Assembly (NCBI GenBank): GCA_036676985.1
Contig: JAKFBU010000026.1
Coordinates: 160,001 to 224,000 of the forward strand
Direction: 5' to 3'
Length of the DNA stretch: 64,000 nt
Source: Candidatus Sericytochromatia bacterium
GTDB taxonomy: Bacteria > Cyanobacteriota > Sericytochromatia > S15B-MN24 > UBA4093
Part shown: piece by piece, positions 45,082 to 53,236 of the stretch
How the letters are laid out: each line of letters opens with the position of its first letter
How positions within the stretch are numbered: the stretch's first letter is position 1
Made by a program: the position numbers and the translations under genes
Notes under the pieces: generated by a model
What the model was told of the DNA's origin: nothing
Databases searched by the model: none
The model's input: the letters and a program-made list of their open reading frames with translations, nothing else

Positions 45082-47595
45082 ATGAAGGCTGTCCTGATGG
45101 CTGGCGGGTCCGGGACCCGTCTGAGGCCCCTCACCTGCGACATTCCCAAGCCCATGGTGCCCATGCTCAACAAGCCGATGGCTGAGCATATCATCAACCT
45201 CTTGAAGCGCCATGGGATCACCGACATCATCGTCACGCTCTACTACCTGCCGCAGGTCATCCAGAACTACTTCGGAGACGGGCGCGACTTCGGCGTGAAC
45301 ATCACCTACTCCGTCGAGGAGAAGATGCCGCTCGGCACCGCCGGCTCGGTCAAGGCCATCGAGCAGTACCTGGACGAGACCTTCCTCGTCATCTCGGGCG
45401 ACAGCCTCACGGACATCGACCTCACGACCGCCATCGAGTACCACAAGCGCCAGCAGTCGCTGGCGACGCTCTTGCTGCACCGGGTGGAGAACCCGCTCGA
45501 GTTCGGCGTGGTCATCACCGACGAGAACGGCCGCGTGCGCCGCTTCCTCGAGAAGCCCTCGTCGAGCGAGGTCTTCTCGGACACCATCAACACCGGCACC
45601 TACATCCTCGAGCCCGAGGTGCTCCGCCTATTCGAGCCCGAGAAGGAAGTGGACTGGTCCAAGGACGTCTTCCCCGCCCTCCTGCGCCGCAACGACCCCA
45701 TGTTCGGCTACATCGCGGGCGGCTACTGGGAGGACGTCGGCAATCTGCAGGCCTACCGCGAGGCCCACTACGACATCCTCGAGGCCAAGGTCAAGGTCGA
45801 GATCCCCTACCCCGAGCGCGAGCCCGGCATCTACATCGGTGAGGGCACGTTCGTGCACCCCTCGGCCCGCATCAGCGGTCCGGTCGTCATCGGCAACAAC
45901 TGCCAGATCGGCGAGGGCGTGATCGTGAGCCCGGGGACCGTCATCGGCGACAACGTCATCGTCAAGGGCGGCGCCTCCTTGAAGCGTCCGGTCGTCTGGA
46001 ACAACGCCTACCTCGGCGAGAACATCGAGCTGCGCGGCTGCGTGCTCGGCAAGAACACGGCCGTCAAGCGCTCGGCGGAGGTGCTCGAGGGCGCCATCGT
46101 CAGCAACGACTGCATCGTCGGCGAGGGCGCCATCGTCAAGCCCAACGTCAAGGTGTGGCCCAACAAGACCATCGAGACGGGTGCCACCGTGTCGTCGAGC
46201 CTCATCTGGGGCTCGAGCGCCCAGCGCACGCTGTTCGGCGCCTCGGGCGTCTCGGGGCTCGTCAACATCGAGATCATCCCCGAGTTCGCCGTCAAGCTCG
46301 GTGCGGCCTACGGCGCCACCCTGCCCGCGGGCTCGAGCGTGACCGTCAGCCGTGACGGCAGCCAGGCGGCCCGCATGATCAACCGCGGCATGATCTCGGG
46401 CCTCATGAGCGTCGGCATCAACGTCAGCAACCTGGAAACGACGGCGATGCCCATCGCCCGCTACCAGGCCCCCACCCTCAACGTCCAGGGCGGCGTGCAC
46501 ATCCGCATCTCCCCGGAGAAGCCGGACGTGTGCCAGATCGAGTTCTTCGATCGCGAGGGCATGAACATCTCCAAGGCCACCGAGAAGAAGATCGAGTCCA
46601 ACTTCTTCAAGGAGGACTTCCGCCGCGTGCAGCTCTCGGACATCGGGGACATCTCGTTCCCGGCGCGCGTCGTCGAGTACTACAAGCAGGGCTTCCGGCG
46701 CGAGATCCCCTCGACCAAGGCCCTGCAGGACCGCCGCCTCAAGGTGGTCCTCGATTACGCCTTCTCGATCGGTAACCCGGTCCTGCCGGGCATCCTCGGC
46801 GAGATGGAGATCGAGACGGTGGTCCTCAACGCCCACCTGCGCTCCAAGCTGCCCTCGGCCGAGGAGAAGGACGTGCTCGCCGAGCAGCTCGCAGAGGTCG
46901 TGCTCGCCCTGCGCGCCGACTTCGGCGTCCAGCTCGATGCCAACGGCGAGCGCATCACGCTGGTCGACAACAAGGGCCGGATCCTGAAGGACGAGATGCT
47001 CACGGCCACCATGACGCAGCTCTTCCTCGCGGCGCATTCGGGCGCCACCATTGCCCTGCCCGTGACGGCCTCGAACGTCAACGAGCGGATCGCCGAGCGC
47101 TCCGGCTCCAAGATCCTGCGCACCAAGGCCAATCCCCGCGCCATGATGGAGGCGGCCAAGCAGGACGGCGTCCTGTTGGCCGGCACCAACGGCAACTTCA
47201 TCTTCCCGAGCATGCACCCGGGCTTCGACGGCATGCTCGCCGTGGCGAAGATCGCCGAGGCGCTCGCGGAGCTGGGCAAGAGCCTCTCGCAGGTCGAGAG
47301 CGAGATGCCCGACTTCTACCACCGCCACGACGAGGTCCCCTGCCCCTGGGAGCACAAGGGAACGGTCATGCGCGTGCTCGTCGAGCAGGGCCGCGACAAG
47401 CAGATGGAGCTCATCGACGGGGTCAAGCTCTACACCGGCAACGGCTGGGTGCTTGTCTTGCCCGATCCGGTCGAGCCCACGATTCACCTTTACGCTGACG
47501 GACGTTCCGCCATCGAGGCCGAGCGCCTGATCGAGGAGTACGCCACGGTCATCCGCTCGATGGCCGCCGGCAAGGAGGAGGCCACTCTTGTCTAA
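45082..47595 (+). CDS. Sugar-phosphate nucleotidyltransferase (mannose-1-phosphate guanylyltransferase-like) + LbH + degenerate phosphomannomutase fusion
   Basis: '[13 protein letters not shown]...PKPM', 'PLGTAG', hexapeptide repeats, PGM/PMM-like C-terminal half. Confidence 0.88.
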   Translation: MKAVLMAGGSGTRLRPLTCDIPKPMVPMLNKPMAEHIINLLKRHGITDIIVTLYYLPQVIQNYFGDGRDFGVNITYSVEEKMPLGTAGSVKAIEQYLDETFLVISGDSLTDIDLTTAIEYHKRQQSLATLLLHRVENPLEFGVVITDENGRVRRFLEKPSSSEVFSDTINTGTYILEPEVLRLFEPEKEVDWSKDVFPALLRRNDPMFGYIAGGYWEDVGNLQAYREAHYDILEAKVKVEIPYPEREPGIYIGEGTFVHPSARISGPVVIGNNCQIGEGVIVSPGTVIGDNVIVKGGASLKRPVVWNNAYLGENIELRGCVLGKNTAVKRSAEVLEGAIVSNDCIVGEGAIVKPNVKVWPNKTIETGATVSSSLIWGSSAQRTLFGASGVSGLVNIEIIPEFAVKLGAAYGATLPAGSSVTVSRDGSQAARMINRGMISGLMSVGINVSNLETTAMPIARYQAPTLNVQGGVHIRISPEKPDVCQIEFFDREGMNISKATEKKIESNFFKEDFRRVQLSDIGDISFPARVVEYYKQGFRREIPSTKALQDRRLKVVLDYAFSIGNPVLPGILGEMEIETVVLNAHLRSKLPSAEEKDVLAEQLAEVVLALRADFGVQLDANGERITLVDNKGRILKDEMLTATMTQLFLAAHSGATIALPVTASNVNERIAERSGSKILRTKANPRAMMEAAKQDGVLLAGTNGNFIFPSMHPGFDGMLAVAKIAEALAELGKSLSQVESEMPDFYHRHDEVPCPWEHKGTVMRVLVEQGRDKQMELIDGVKLYTGNGWVLVLPDPVEPTIHLYADGRSAIEAERLIEEYATVIRSMAAGKEEATLV

Positions 47596-49018
47596 CATCG
47601 TCTTCGGAACCGACGGCTGGCGCGACCTCATCGCCGAGGGCTTCACCTTCGGCAACGTGCGGATCGTGGCGGCGGCGATCGCCGACTACGTCAAGTCCGC
47701 CTACCCCCAGGACCGTCCGGTCCTGGTGGGCTACGACACCCGGTTCCTCGCCCGCGAGTTCGCCGAGACGGTGGTGGCCGTGCTGCAGAGCCGCGGCCTC
47801 AAGACCCTCCTGGCCAAGCGCGACGTGGCCACCCCGGTCATCGCGTTCGCGGCCCGCGAGCTGAACACGGCGGGGGCCATCATGCTGACGGCGAGCCACA
47901 ACCCGCCCCAGTACTGCGGCATCAAGTACATCCCCGACTACGCGGGTCCCGCCACCAAGGACATCACCGACACCATCGTCGCCAACGTCAAGCGGATCCA
48001 GGGCGAGGCCTCGGATCTGCCGACCGGCCGAGTGGCGGGCGAGGAGTTCGATCCCCAGGCGAGCTACTTTGCCTGGATCCGGCAGCTGGTGCCCGGCACC
48101 GAGCTCAAGCAGGCCAAGCTCAAGGTCGTCTACGACGCCCTCTACAGCACGGGGCGCGGCTACCTGGACACGCTCTTGAGCGAGTACGGGTGCGAGGTCA
48201 AGACCCTGCACGGCGATCGCGACCCGCTCTTCGGCGGCGGGATGCCCGAGCCCGCGGTCGCGCAGCTCGGTGAGCTCATCGAGACGGTCAAGCGCGAGAA
48301 GGCGGACCTGGGTCTTGCCACCGACGGCGACTCGGACCGCTTCGGGGTGGTCGACACCACTGGCCTCTTCTACACGCCGAACCAGGTGATCGCCCTCCTG
48401 CTGCGCCACCTGGTCAAGAACCGCGGCGCCAAGGGCGTGGTGGTCCGCACCGTGGCCACCACCCACCTGATCGACCGCCTGGCGGCCCGTTACGGCGTCG
48501 AGGTCCGCGAGACGCCGGTGGGCTTCAAGTGGGTCGGCGAGAAGATGCGCCAGGAGCCCGTCATCATCGGCGGCGAGGAGTCGGGCGGTCTGTCCATCAT
48601 CGGTCACATCCCCGAGAAGGACGGGATCCTCGCGAACCTCTTGGTGGCCGACATGGTCGCCACCGAGGGCAAGCCGATCGCCGCGATCTGGCAGGACCTG
48701 GTCGCCGAGGTGGGCTGGAACCCGGCCAACCGCCGGCTGGACCTGCACCTCAGCGAGCAGGCCAAGGCCGAGGTCCTGCGCCTCTTCCTCGATCGCACGC
48801 CGACCGAGGTCGCGGGGCTCAAGGTCACGGACGTCTCGCGCAAGGACGGCGTGAAGCTCACGCTCTCGGACGGCAGCTGGATCCTGGCCCGTCCGTCGGG
48901 CACCGAGCCCATCATCCGCGTCTACCTCGAGGCGGCGGATCAGGCGGCCCTGGACACGCTCGCGACGGCGGTCAACCGCATCGTCGAGGAGGCCGCGGGC
49001 CCCGTGCCCGTGCATTAA
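47588..49018 (+). CDS. Phosphoglucomutase/phosphomannomutase
   Basis: 'FGTDGWR', catalytic 'TASHNP', 'DGDSDR', 'GGEESGG', 'RPSGTEP'. Confidence 0.94.
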   Translation: MSNIVFGTDGWRDLIAEGFTFGNVRIVAAAIADYVKSAYPQDRPVLVGYDTRFLAREFAETVVAVLQSRGLKTLLAKRDVATPVIAFAARELNTAGAIMLTASHNPPQYCGIKYIPDYAGPATKDITDTIVANVKRIQGEASDLPTGRVAGEEFDPQASYFAWIRQLVPGTELKQAKLKVVYDALYSTGRGYLDTLLSEYGCEVKTLHGDRDPLFGGGMPEPAVAQLGELIETVKREKADLGLATDGDSDRFGVVDTTGLFYTPNQVIALLLRHLVKNRGAKGVVVRTVATTHLIDRLAARYGVEVRETPVGFKWVGEKMRQEPVIIGGEESGGLSIIGHIPEKDGILANLLVADMVATEGKPIAAIWQDLVAEVGWNPANRRLDLHLSEQAKAEVLRLFLDRTPTEVAGLKVTDVSRKDGVKLTLSDGSWILARPSGTEPIIRVYLEAADQAALDTLATAVNRIVEEAAGPVPVH

Positions 49019-49037
49019 CCCTCGATCGTCAAGCCCC

Positions 49038-49073
49038 CGCCGCCCCGCACGACCTCGTGCGGGGCGGCGCTTT
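49038..49073 (+). terminator. Rho-independent terminator
   Basis: CGCCGCCCCGCACGA-cc-TCGTGCGGGGCGGCG-CTTT. Confidence 0.7.
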
Positions 49074-49138
49074 AAAAGCCGTCGAGCGTGGGGTATAGGA
49101 GGGGAGCGACCCTAAGCCATGACCCATGGATTCATCGC

Positions 49139-50269
49139 GTGAGCGTCCAGAAGCGCAAGCAGGCCAAGGCCTTCCAGAATCTCGCCACCAAGCTCCCTCT
49201 GGCGAACACCGCCGGGGCGCTCTTGGTGCTCTATGGCGCGTCACAGGCCTTCGGGCTCGGCGAGGGCCAGGGCTTCGTCCAGTGGGTCTACGGCCTGGTG
49301 GGCGGTGTGGTCGGTTTCCTCATCTTCGGGGTCATCCAGAAGCCCATCCGGGCCTACGAGCACAAGGTCAAGATCAAGGCCCGTGAGCTCGCCCAGAAGA
49401 TGGAGGCCAAGATCGACGAGGAGCAGGGCGGCCTCAACAAGCTCCTGGACTCCTATGAACTGCACTACCTGGGTGGCCATCCCGGTTGGCCCCTCAAGGA
49501 CAAGGTGGAGTTCGGCCTCCTCGACCTGCACGAGAAGTCCCTCTTCTTCAAGAACAAGGCGAACCGCATCAAGTTCCAGCTGGCGCGCGTGAAGCGCATC
49601 TCGGTCGAGCCGGAGAAGGTGATCCGCCTCAAGAAGCTGTCGACGGTCGTGTTGCCCAAGCCCAAGACGTACAAGAATGCGATCGTGGGTCGGGTGATGG
49701 CGGAGCTCGTGAAGCGCCAGCGCTACGTGGTCATCGATTATCTGGACGATCTGGGCGAGAAGCACCTGGTGGTCTTCCAGGCGGTGGGTGGCAACCCGTT
49801 CGTGGCCAAGGCGGTCAAGGCGGCGGTGGACGAGGTCCACAAGAAGATTCCCAAGGACAAGAAGGGGGCGGTCGAGAAGGCGCCGGGGCTGCAGCAGGCC
49901 TCGGACGAGGCGCTTGCTGCCGCGGAGGCGGCTTCACGCCAATCGCAAGGGTATCGTTCGGCTCATGCGGCGCCCGCGACAGGCGCCTTGGCGTCGTCGA
50001 CCGGTACGTTGCCCGCCGCGGGCGAGGTGCGTTACCAGGTGGTGCTGGACTACGCGGGCGCCACGCCGGAGGAGCAGTCGCATGTGGCGACGCAGATGGC
50101 GAGCCTGTTCAACATCCCGGCGGACAAGGCCATGGCCGCGGTGCAGCGCGTGCCCTTTGTTGCGAAGCGCAACCTGAACCCGGATCAGGCCCAGCGCCTG
50201 GTCTCCGCTCTCACCGCCACCGGCGCCTCGGCCCGTGCGGAGGCCATGAACCAGGCTCCGGTTTCCTAG
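49139..50269 (+). CDS. Hypothetical 2-TM protein with C-terminal L7/L12-CTD-like domain (start uncertain)
   Basis: Long ORF with GC3 bias, two N-terminal TMs, 'YLGGHP', C-terminal 'VPFVAKRNL..DQAQRL..AL.ATGA'. Confidence 0.7.
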   Translation: MSVQKRKQAKAFQNLATKLPLANTAGALLVLYGASQAFGLGEGQGFVQWVYGLVGGVVGFLIFGVIQKPIRAYEHKVKIKARELAQKMEAKIDEEQGGLNKLLDSYELHYLGGHPGWPLKDKVEFGLLDLHEKSLFFKNKANRIKFQLARVKRISVEPEKVIRLKKLSTVVLPKPKTYKNAIVGRVMAELVKRQRYVVIDYLDDLGEKHLVVFQAVGGNPFVAKAVKAAVDEVHKKIPKDKKGAVEKAPGLQQASDEALAAAEAASRQSQGYRSAHAAPATGALASSTGTLPAAGEVRYQVVLDYAGATPEEQSHVATQMASLFNIPADKAMAAVQRVPFVAKRNLNPDQAQRLVSALTATGASARAEAMNQAPVS

Positions 50270-50306
50270 AGCTTACCGGGGCTTTCTTCCTTTAGGCGTT
50301 CGTCGG

Positions 50307-50706
50307 CACTCCCGTCACCCTCGCGTAAGCGGGGGTCCATCGTAGCGTCTACGGTGTTCCGATAATTTCCGGATAGAGGTCACGCCACATTGGATTCGAC
50401 TGCTCGATAAGCTGTATCTTCCAATCGCGTAGCCACTTCTTGAGCGCCTTCTCGCGTTGGATGGCGCTAACCATCGTCTCGTGGCGTTCGTACCAGACCA
50501 ATTGATGGATCCCATAACTACGGGTGAACCTTCCGCCTGCGTCATTCTTGTGCTGCCAGACACGCTTCATGAGGTCTGAGGTCACTCCGATGTACAGGGT
50601 TCCATGGCGGCGGTTTGCGAGGATATAGGTACAAGGCTCTCGATGCAAAGCATTCTCCTGGGTGTGGTTACGCTGGACCCCCGCTTGCGCGAGGGTGACG
50701 GGAGTG
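50307..50706. mobile_element. GIY-YIG cassette flanked by CGTC-type REP terminal inverted repeats
   Basis: 38-bp inverted repeats 50307-50344 and 50669-50706 (36/38 identical) bracket a lower-GC GIY-YIG gene. Confidence 0.75.
50349..50648 (-). CDS. Small GIY-YIG nuclease family protein
   Basis: 'YILAN...GTLYIGVTSDL..RVWQHK', 'LVWYE', 'AIQREK.LKKW.R.WK..LIE..NP.W.DL'. Confidence 0.93.
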   Translation of the reverse strand: MHREPCTYILANRRHGTLYIGVTSDLMKRVWQHKNDAGGRFTRSYGIHQLVWYERHETMVSAIQREKALKKWLRDWKIQLIEQSNPMWRDLYPEIIGTP

Positions 50707-50849
50707 GTGACGGCAGGTTCAAATTTTCTGCTTATCGACGATTTTACGTTATTATGTCGAATGTGTGCGACTGCTTTGAAAATCCTGGCAGAGGGGCGTT
50801 CGGGGACCTGAAACGATCCGTATCTGGCGCCATGAGCCCAAATAAGGCC

Positions 50850-50878
50850 TTGTCACGCCCCTCACTACGTGGTACGAT
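50850..50878 (+). promoter_or_regulatory. Sigma70 promoter of the rpsF operon
   Basis: TTGTCA-17 nt-TACGAT with TG extension. Confidence 0.65.
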
Positions 50879-50932
50879 CTCCTACTCTGTCGGTTAAGAC
50901 AGAGATAAGGTCGCTTTAATCGTGCGACCAGT

Positions 50933-50985
50933 CTTCCCTGCTCCTCGGCAAGGACCGGGGGGCCGTTTAGTCCGGAGGGAGGTGA
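50933..50985 (+). ncRNA. S6:S18 ribosomal protein leader (cis-regulatory RNA)
   Basis: CTTCCCTGCTCCTCGG...CCGGGGGGCCGTTTAGTCCGGAGGGAGGTG: anti-SD pairing plus conserved CCG, directly upstream of rpsF. Confidence 0.7.
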
Positions 50986-50992
50986 ACCCCGA

Positions 50993-51283
50993 ATGCAACG
51001 CGCCTACGAAACCATGTACATCCTGCGCCCCACTCTCGAAGAGGAGGCGGTGGACGCCGTGGTCACCAAGATCAACGACCACATCACCAAGAACGGTGGC
51101 AACGTCGAGAAGACCGAGAAGCGTGGCCGCAAGCGCCTGGCCTATGAGGTCAAGGATTTCCGCGACGGTTTCTACGTTTTGAGCAACTTCACGGCCGACC
51201 CCGCGTCGATCACCGAGTTGGAGCGCGCTTTCAAGCTCAACGAGGATGTGATCCGTCACATCGTCGTCCGGCCTGAGGCGTAA
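50993..51283 (+). CDS. rpsF: 30S ribosomal protein S6
   Basis: 'YETMYILRP', 'G.KRLAYEV', 'EDVIRH'. Confidence 0.97.
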   Translation: MQRAYETMYILRPTLEEEAVDAVVTKINDHITKNGGNVEKTEKRGRKRLAYEVKDFRDGFYVLSNFTADPASITELERAFKLNEDVIRHIVVRPEA

Positions 51284-51304
51284 ACACCTTTAGGAGTAGC
51301 ACCG

Positions 51305-51715
51305 ATGGGAATCAACCACATCACCCTCGTCGGCAGCATGGTGCGCAACCCCGAGATGCGCATGACCCAGAACGGCATCCCGACCACCCAGTTCACGCTG
51401 GCGGTCACCCGGCCCCCTCGCCAAGAGGGTCAGCAACACGAGGTGACCGACTACGTCAAGGTGGTCACTTGGCGCAAGCTGGCGGAAACCGCCAACGAGC
51501 AGCTCAAGAAGGGGGATCTGGTCTCGGTCGAGGGCCGTCTCTTGACGCGCACCTACGAGCAGGACGGCCAACGCAAGAAGGTCGTCGAGGTCGAGGCTCA
51601 AAGCGTCGAAGCGATCCGCGCAGGCGGAGCGCGCGCCGAGGCCGAGGCCCCGAGCGAGCCGATGATGGACGAGGACGTGCCGGCCTTCGCCGACGCGGAC
51701 GAGATTCCCTTCTAA
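51305..51715 (+). CDS. ssb: Single-stranded DNA-binding protein (primary, acidic DEIPF tail)
   Basis: OB-fold motifs, rpsF-ssb-rpsR synteny, C-terminal DADEIPF. Confidence 0.95.
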   Translation: MGINHITLVGSMVRNPEMRMTQNGIPTTQFTLAVTRPPRQEGQQHEVTDYVKVVTWRKLAETANEQLKKGDLVSVEGRLLTRTYEQDGQRKKVVEVEAQSVEAIRAGGARAEAEAPSEPMMDEDVPAFADADEIPF

Positions 51716-51728
51716 GCAGGAGGTACTT

Positions 51729-51968
51729 ATGGCTGTTGCCAAGCGTGGCGCAGGCCGCGTCAAGCGCCGCAAGGTTTGCGGTTTCTGCGTTGATAAGGCC
51801 ACGAGCGTCGATTACAAGGACGTGATGCGCCTGCGCAAGTTCCTCACCGAGCGTGGCAAGATCCTGCCCCGCCGCGTGACCGGGAACTGCGCCAAGCACC
51901 AGCGGATGCTGACCGACTCCATCAAGGTGTCGCGTGAGATCGCGCTGCTGCCGTTCTCGATCGACTAA
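51729..51968 (+). CDS. rpsR: 30S ribosomal protein S18 (Zn-binding form)
   Basis: 'RRKVCGFC', 'DYKD', '[18 protein letters not shown]'. Confidence 0.97.
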   Translation: MAVAKRGAGRVKRRKVCGFCVDKATSVDYKDVMRLRKFLTERGKILPRRVTGNCAKHQRMLTDSIKVSREIALLPFSID

Positions 51969-52001
51969 GCGACTCACGTCGCCTGTCATTCGTGACGCTT
52001 T

Positions 52002-52038
52002 GAAAGGTCCGGTCGGCGCTAGCCGCCGGACCTTTCTT
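52002..52038 (+). terminator. Rho-independent terminator
   Basis: GAAAGGTCCGGtCGGC-gcta-GCCGCCGGACCTTTC-TT. Confidence 0.7.
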
Positions 52039-52063
52039 CCTACCCCCTCGACGAGGATGACCG

Positions 52064-53140
52064 ATGAACCTCACCTCTCTTGAACAGATCCGCCAGGATG
52101 CCCTCGCCGCGCTGCAGGACGCCACCGACCTGCAAGCCCTCGAGGCCTGGTACCAGCGCTACTTCAACCGCGAGCGCGGCGAACTCAACCTCTTGATGCG
52201 CGAGATCCCCAAGGTCGAGCCCTCCGAGCGCAAGGCGTTCGGCCAGGGCGTCAACCAGATCAAGCAGGCGCTCGAGGGCGAGTACCAGACCCGCCTCGCC
52301 GCCGCCCAGTCGGCCGAGCTCAACAAGCGCCTCCAGGAGGAGCGGGTCGACGTGACCCTGCCCGGCCGGGGCCTGCCCATGGGCACGCGCCACCCCATCA
52401 CCCAGGTCCTCGACGAGATCTCGGACATCTTCGTGCGCCTCGGCTTCGAGCTGGCCGAAGGCCCCGAGGTGGAGGACGACTGGCACAACTTCACGGCCCT
52501 CAACACCCCGGCCGACCACCCGGCCCGCGAGATGCAGGACACCTTCTACCTGCACCCGGTCGACGAGGCCGGTCGCGCGCCGCACGACCCGCTCACGGTC
52601 GCGGGCCAGGCGGGGATGCTCTTGCGCACGCACACCTCGAGCGTGCAGATCCGCGTGATGGAGGACCAGGCGCCGCCCCTGCGCTACCTGATGCCGGGCC
52701 GCGTCTACCGCCGGGATGCCGTGACCAACCGCCACTACCCGATCTTCCACCAAATCGAGGGCCTGGTGGTCGACGAGCGCACGACGTTCGCGGACCTCAA
52801 GGGAACGCTGACGGCGGCCATGCAGGAGATCTTCGGGGAGGATCGCCAGGTGCGCTTCCGCCCGAGCTTCTTCCCGTTCACGGAGCCCTCGGCCGAGTAC
52901 GACGTGCAGTGCCTCTGCAAGGGCGAGGGCTGCCGGATCTGCTCGTACACGGGCTGGCTCGAGATCGGCGGCTGCGGCATGGTGGATCCGAACGTGCTGA
53001 CGGCGGTCAGCATCGACCCCGAGCGCTACACGGGCTTCGCCTTCGGCCTGGGCGCCGAGCGCATCGCCATGCTCAAGTACGATATCCCCGACATCCGCCT
53101 GTACTGGGAGAACCACCTGCGGTTCCTGGAGCAGTTCTAG
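52064..53140 (+). CDS. pheS: Phenylalanine--tRNA ligase alpha subunit
   Basis: 'HPAREMQDTFY', 'LRTHTS', 'FHQIEG', 'FPFTEPSAE', 'GFAFGLG.ER'. Confidence 0.97.
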   Translation: MNLTSLEQIRQDALAALQDATDLQALEAWYQRYFNRERGELNLLMREIPKVEPSERKAFGQGVNQIKQALEGEYQTRLAAAQSAELNKRLQEERVDVTLPGRGLPMGTRHPITQVLDEISDIFVRLGFELAEGPEVEDDWHNFTALNTPADHPAREMQDTFYLHPVDEAGRAPHDPLTVAGQAGMLLRTHTSSVQIRVMEDQAPPLRYLMPGRVYRRDAVTNRHYPIFHQIEGLVVDERTTFADLKGTLTAAMQEIFGEDRQVRFRPSFFPFTEPSAEYDVQCLCKGEGCRICSYTGWLEIGGCGMVDPNVLTAVSIDPERYTGFAFGLGAERIAMLKYDIPDIRLYWENHLRFLEQF

Positions 53141-53144
53141 AGGC

Positions 53145-53212
53145 GATCCGCAGATTTCGCAGATGACGCAGATTGCTCGAAAAATCTGCGAAATCTGCGT
53201 CATCTGCGGATC
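53145..53212. repeat. Palindrome built of 9-bp CGCAGAT units (REP-like family D)
   Basis: GATCCGCAGATTTCGCAGATGACGCAGATT-gctcgaaa-AATCTGCGAAATCTGCGTCATCTGCGGATC. Confidence 0.85.
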
Positions 53213-53236
53213 CGTCACCTTTCTGGAGATACATCC

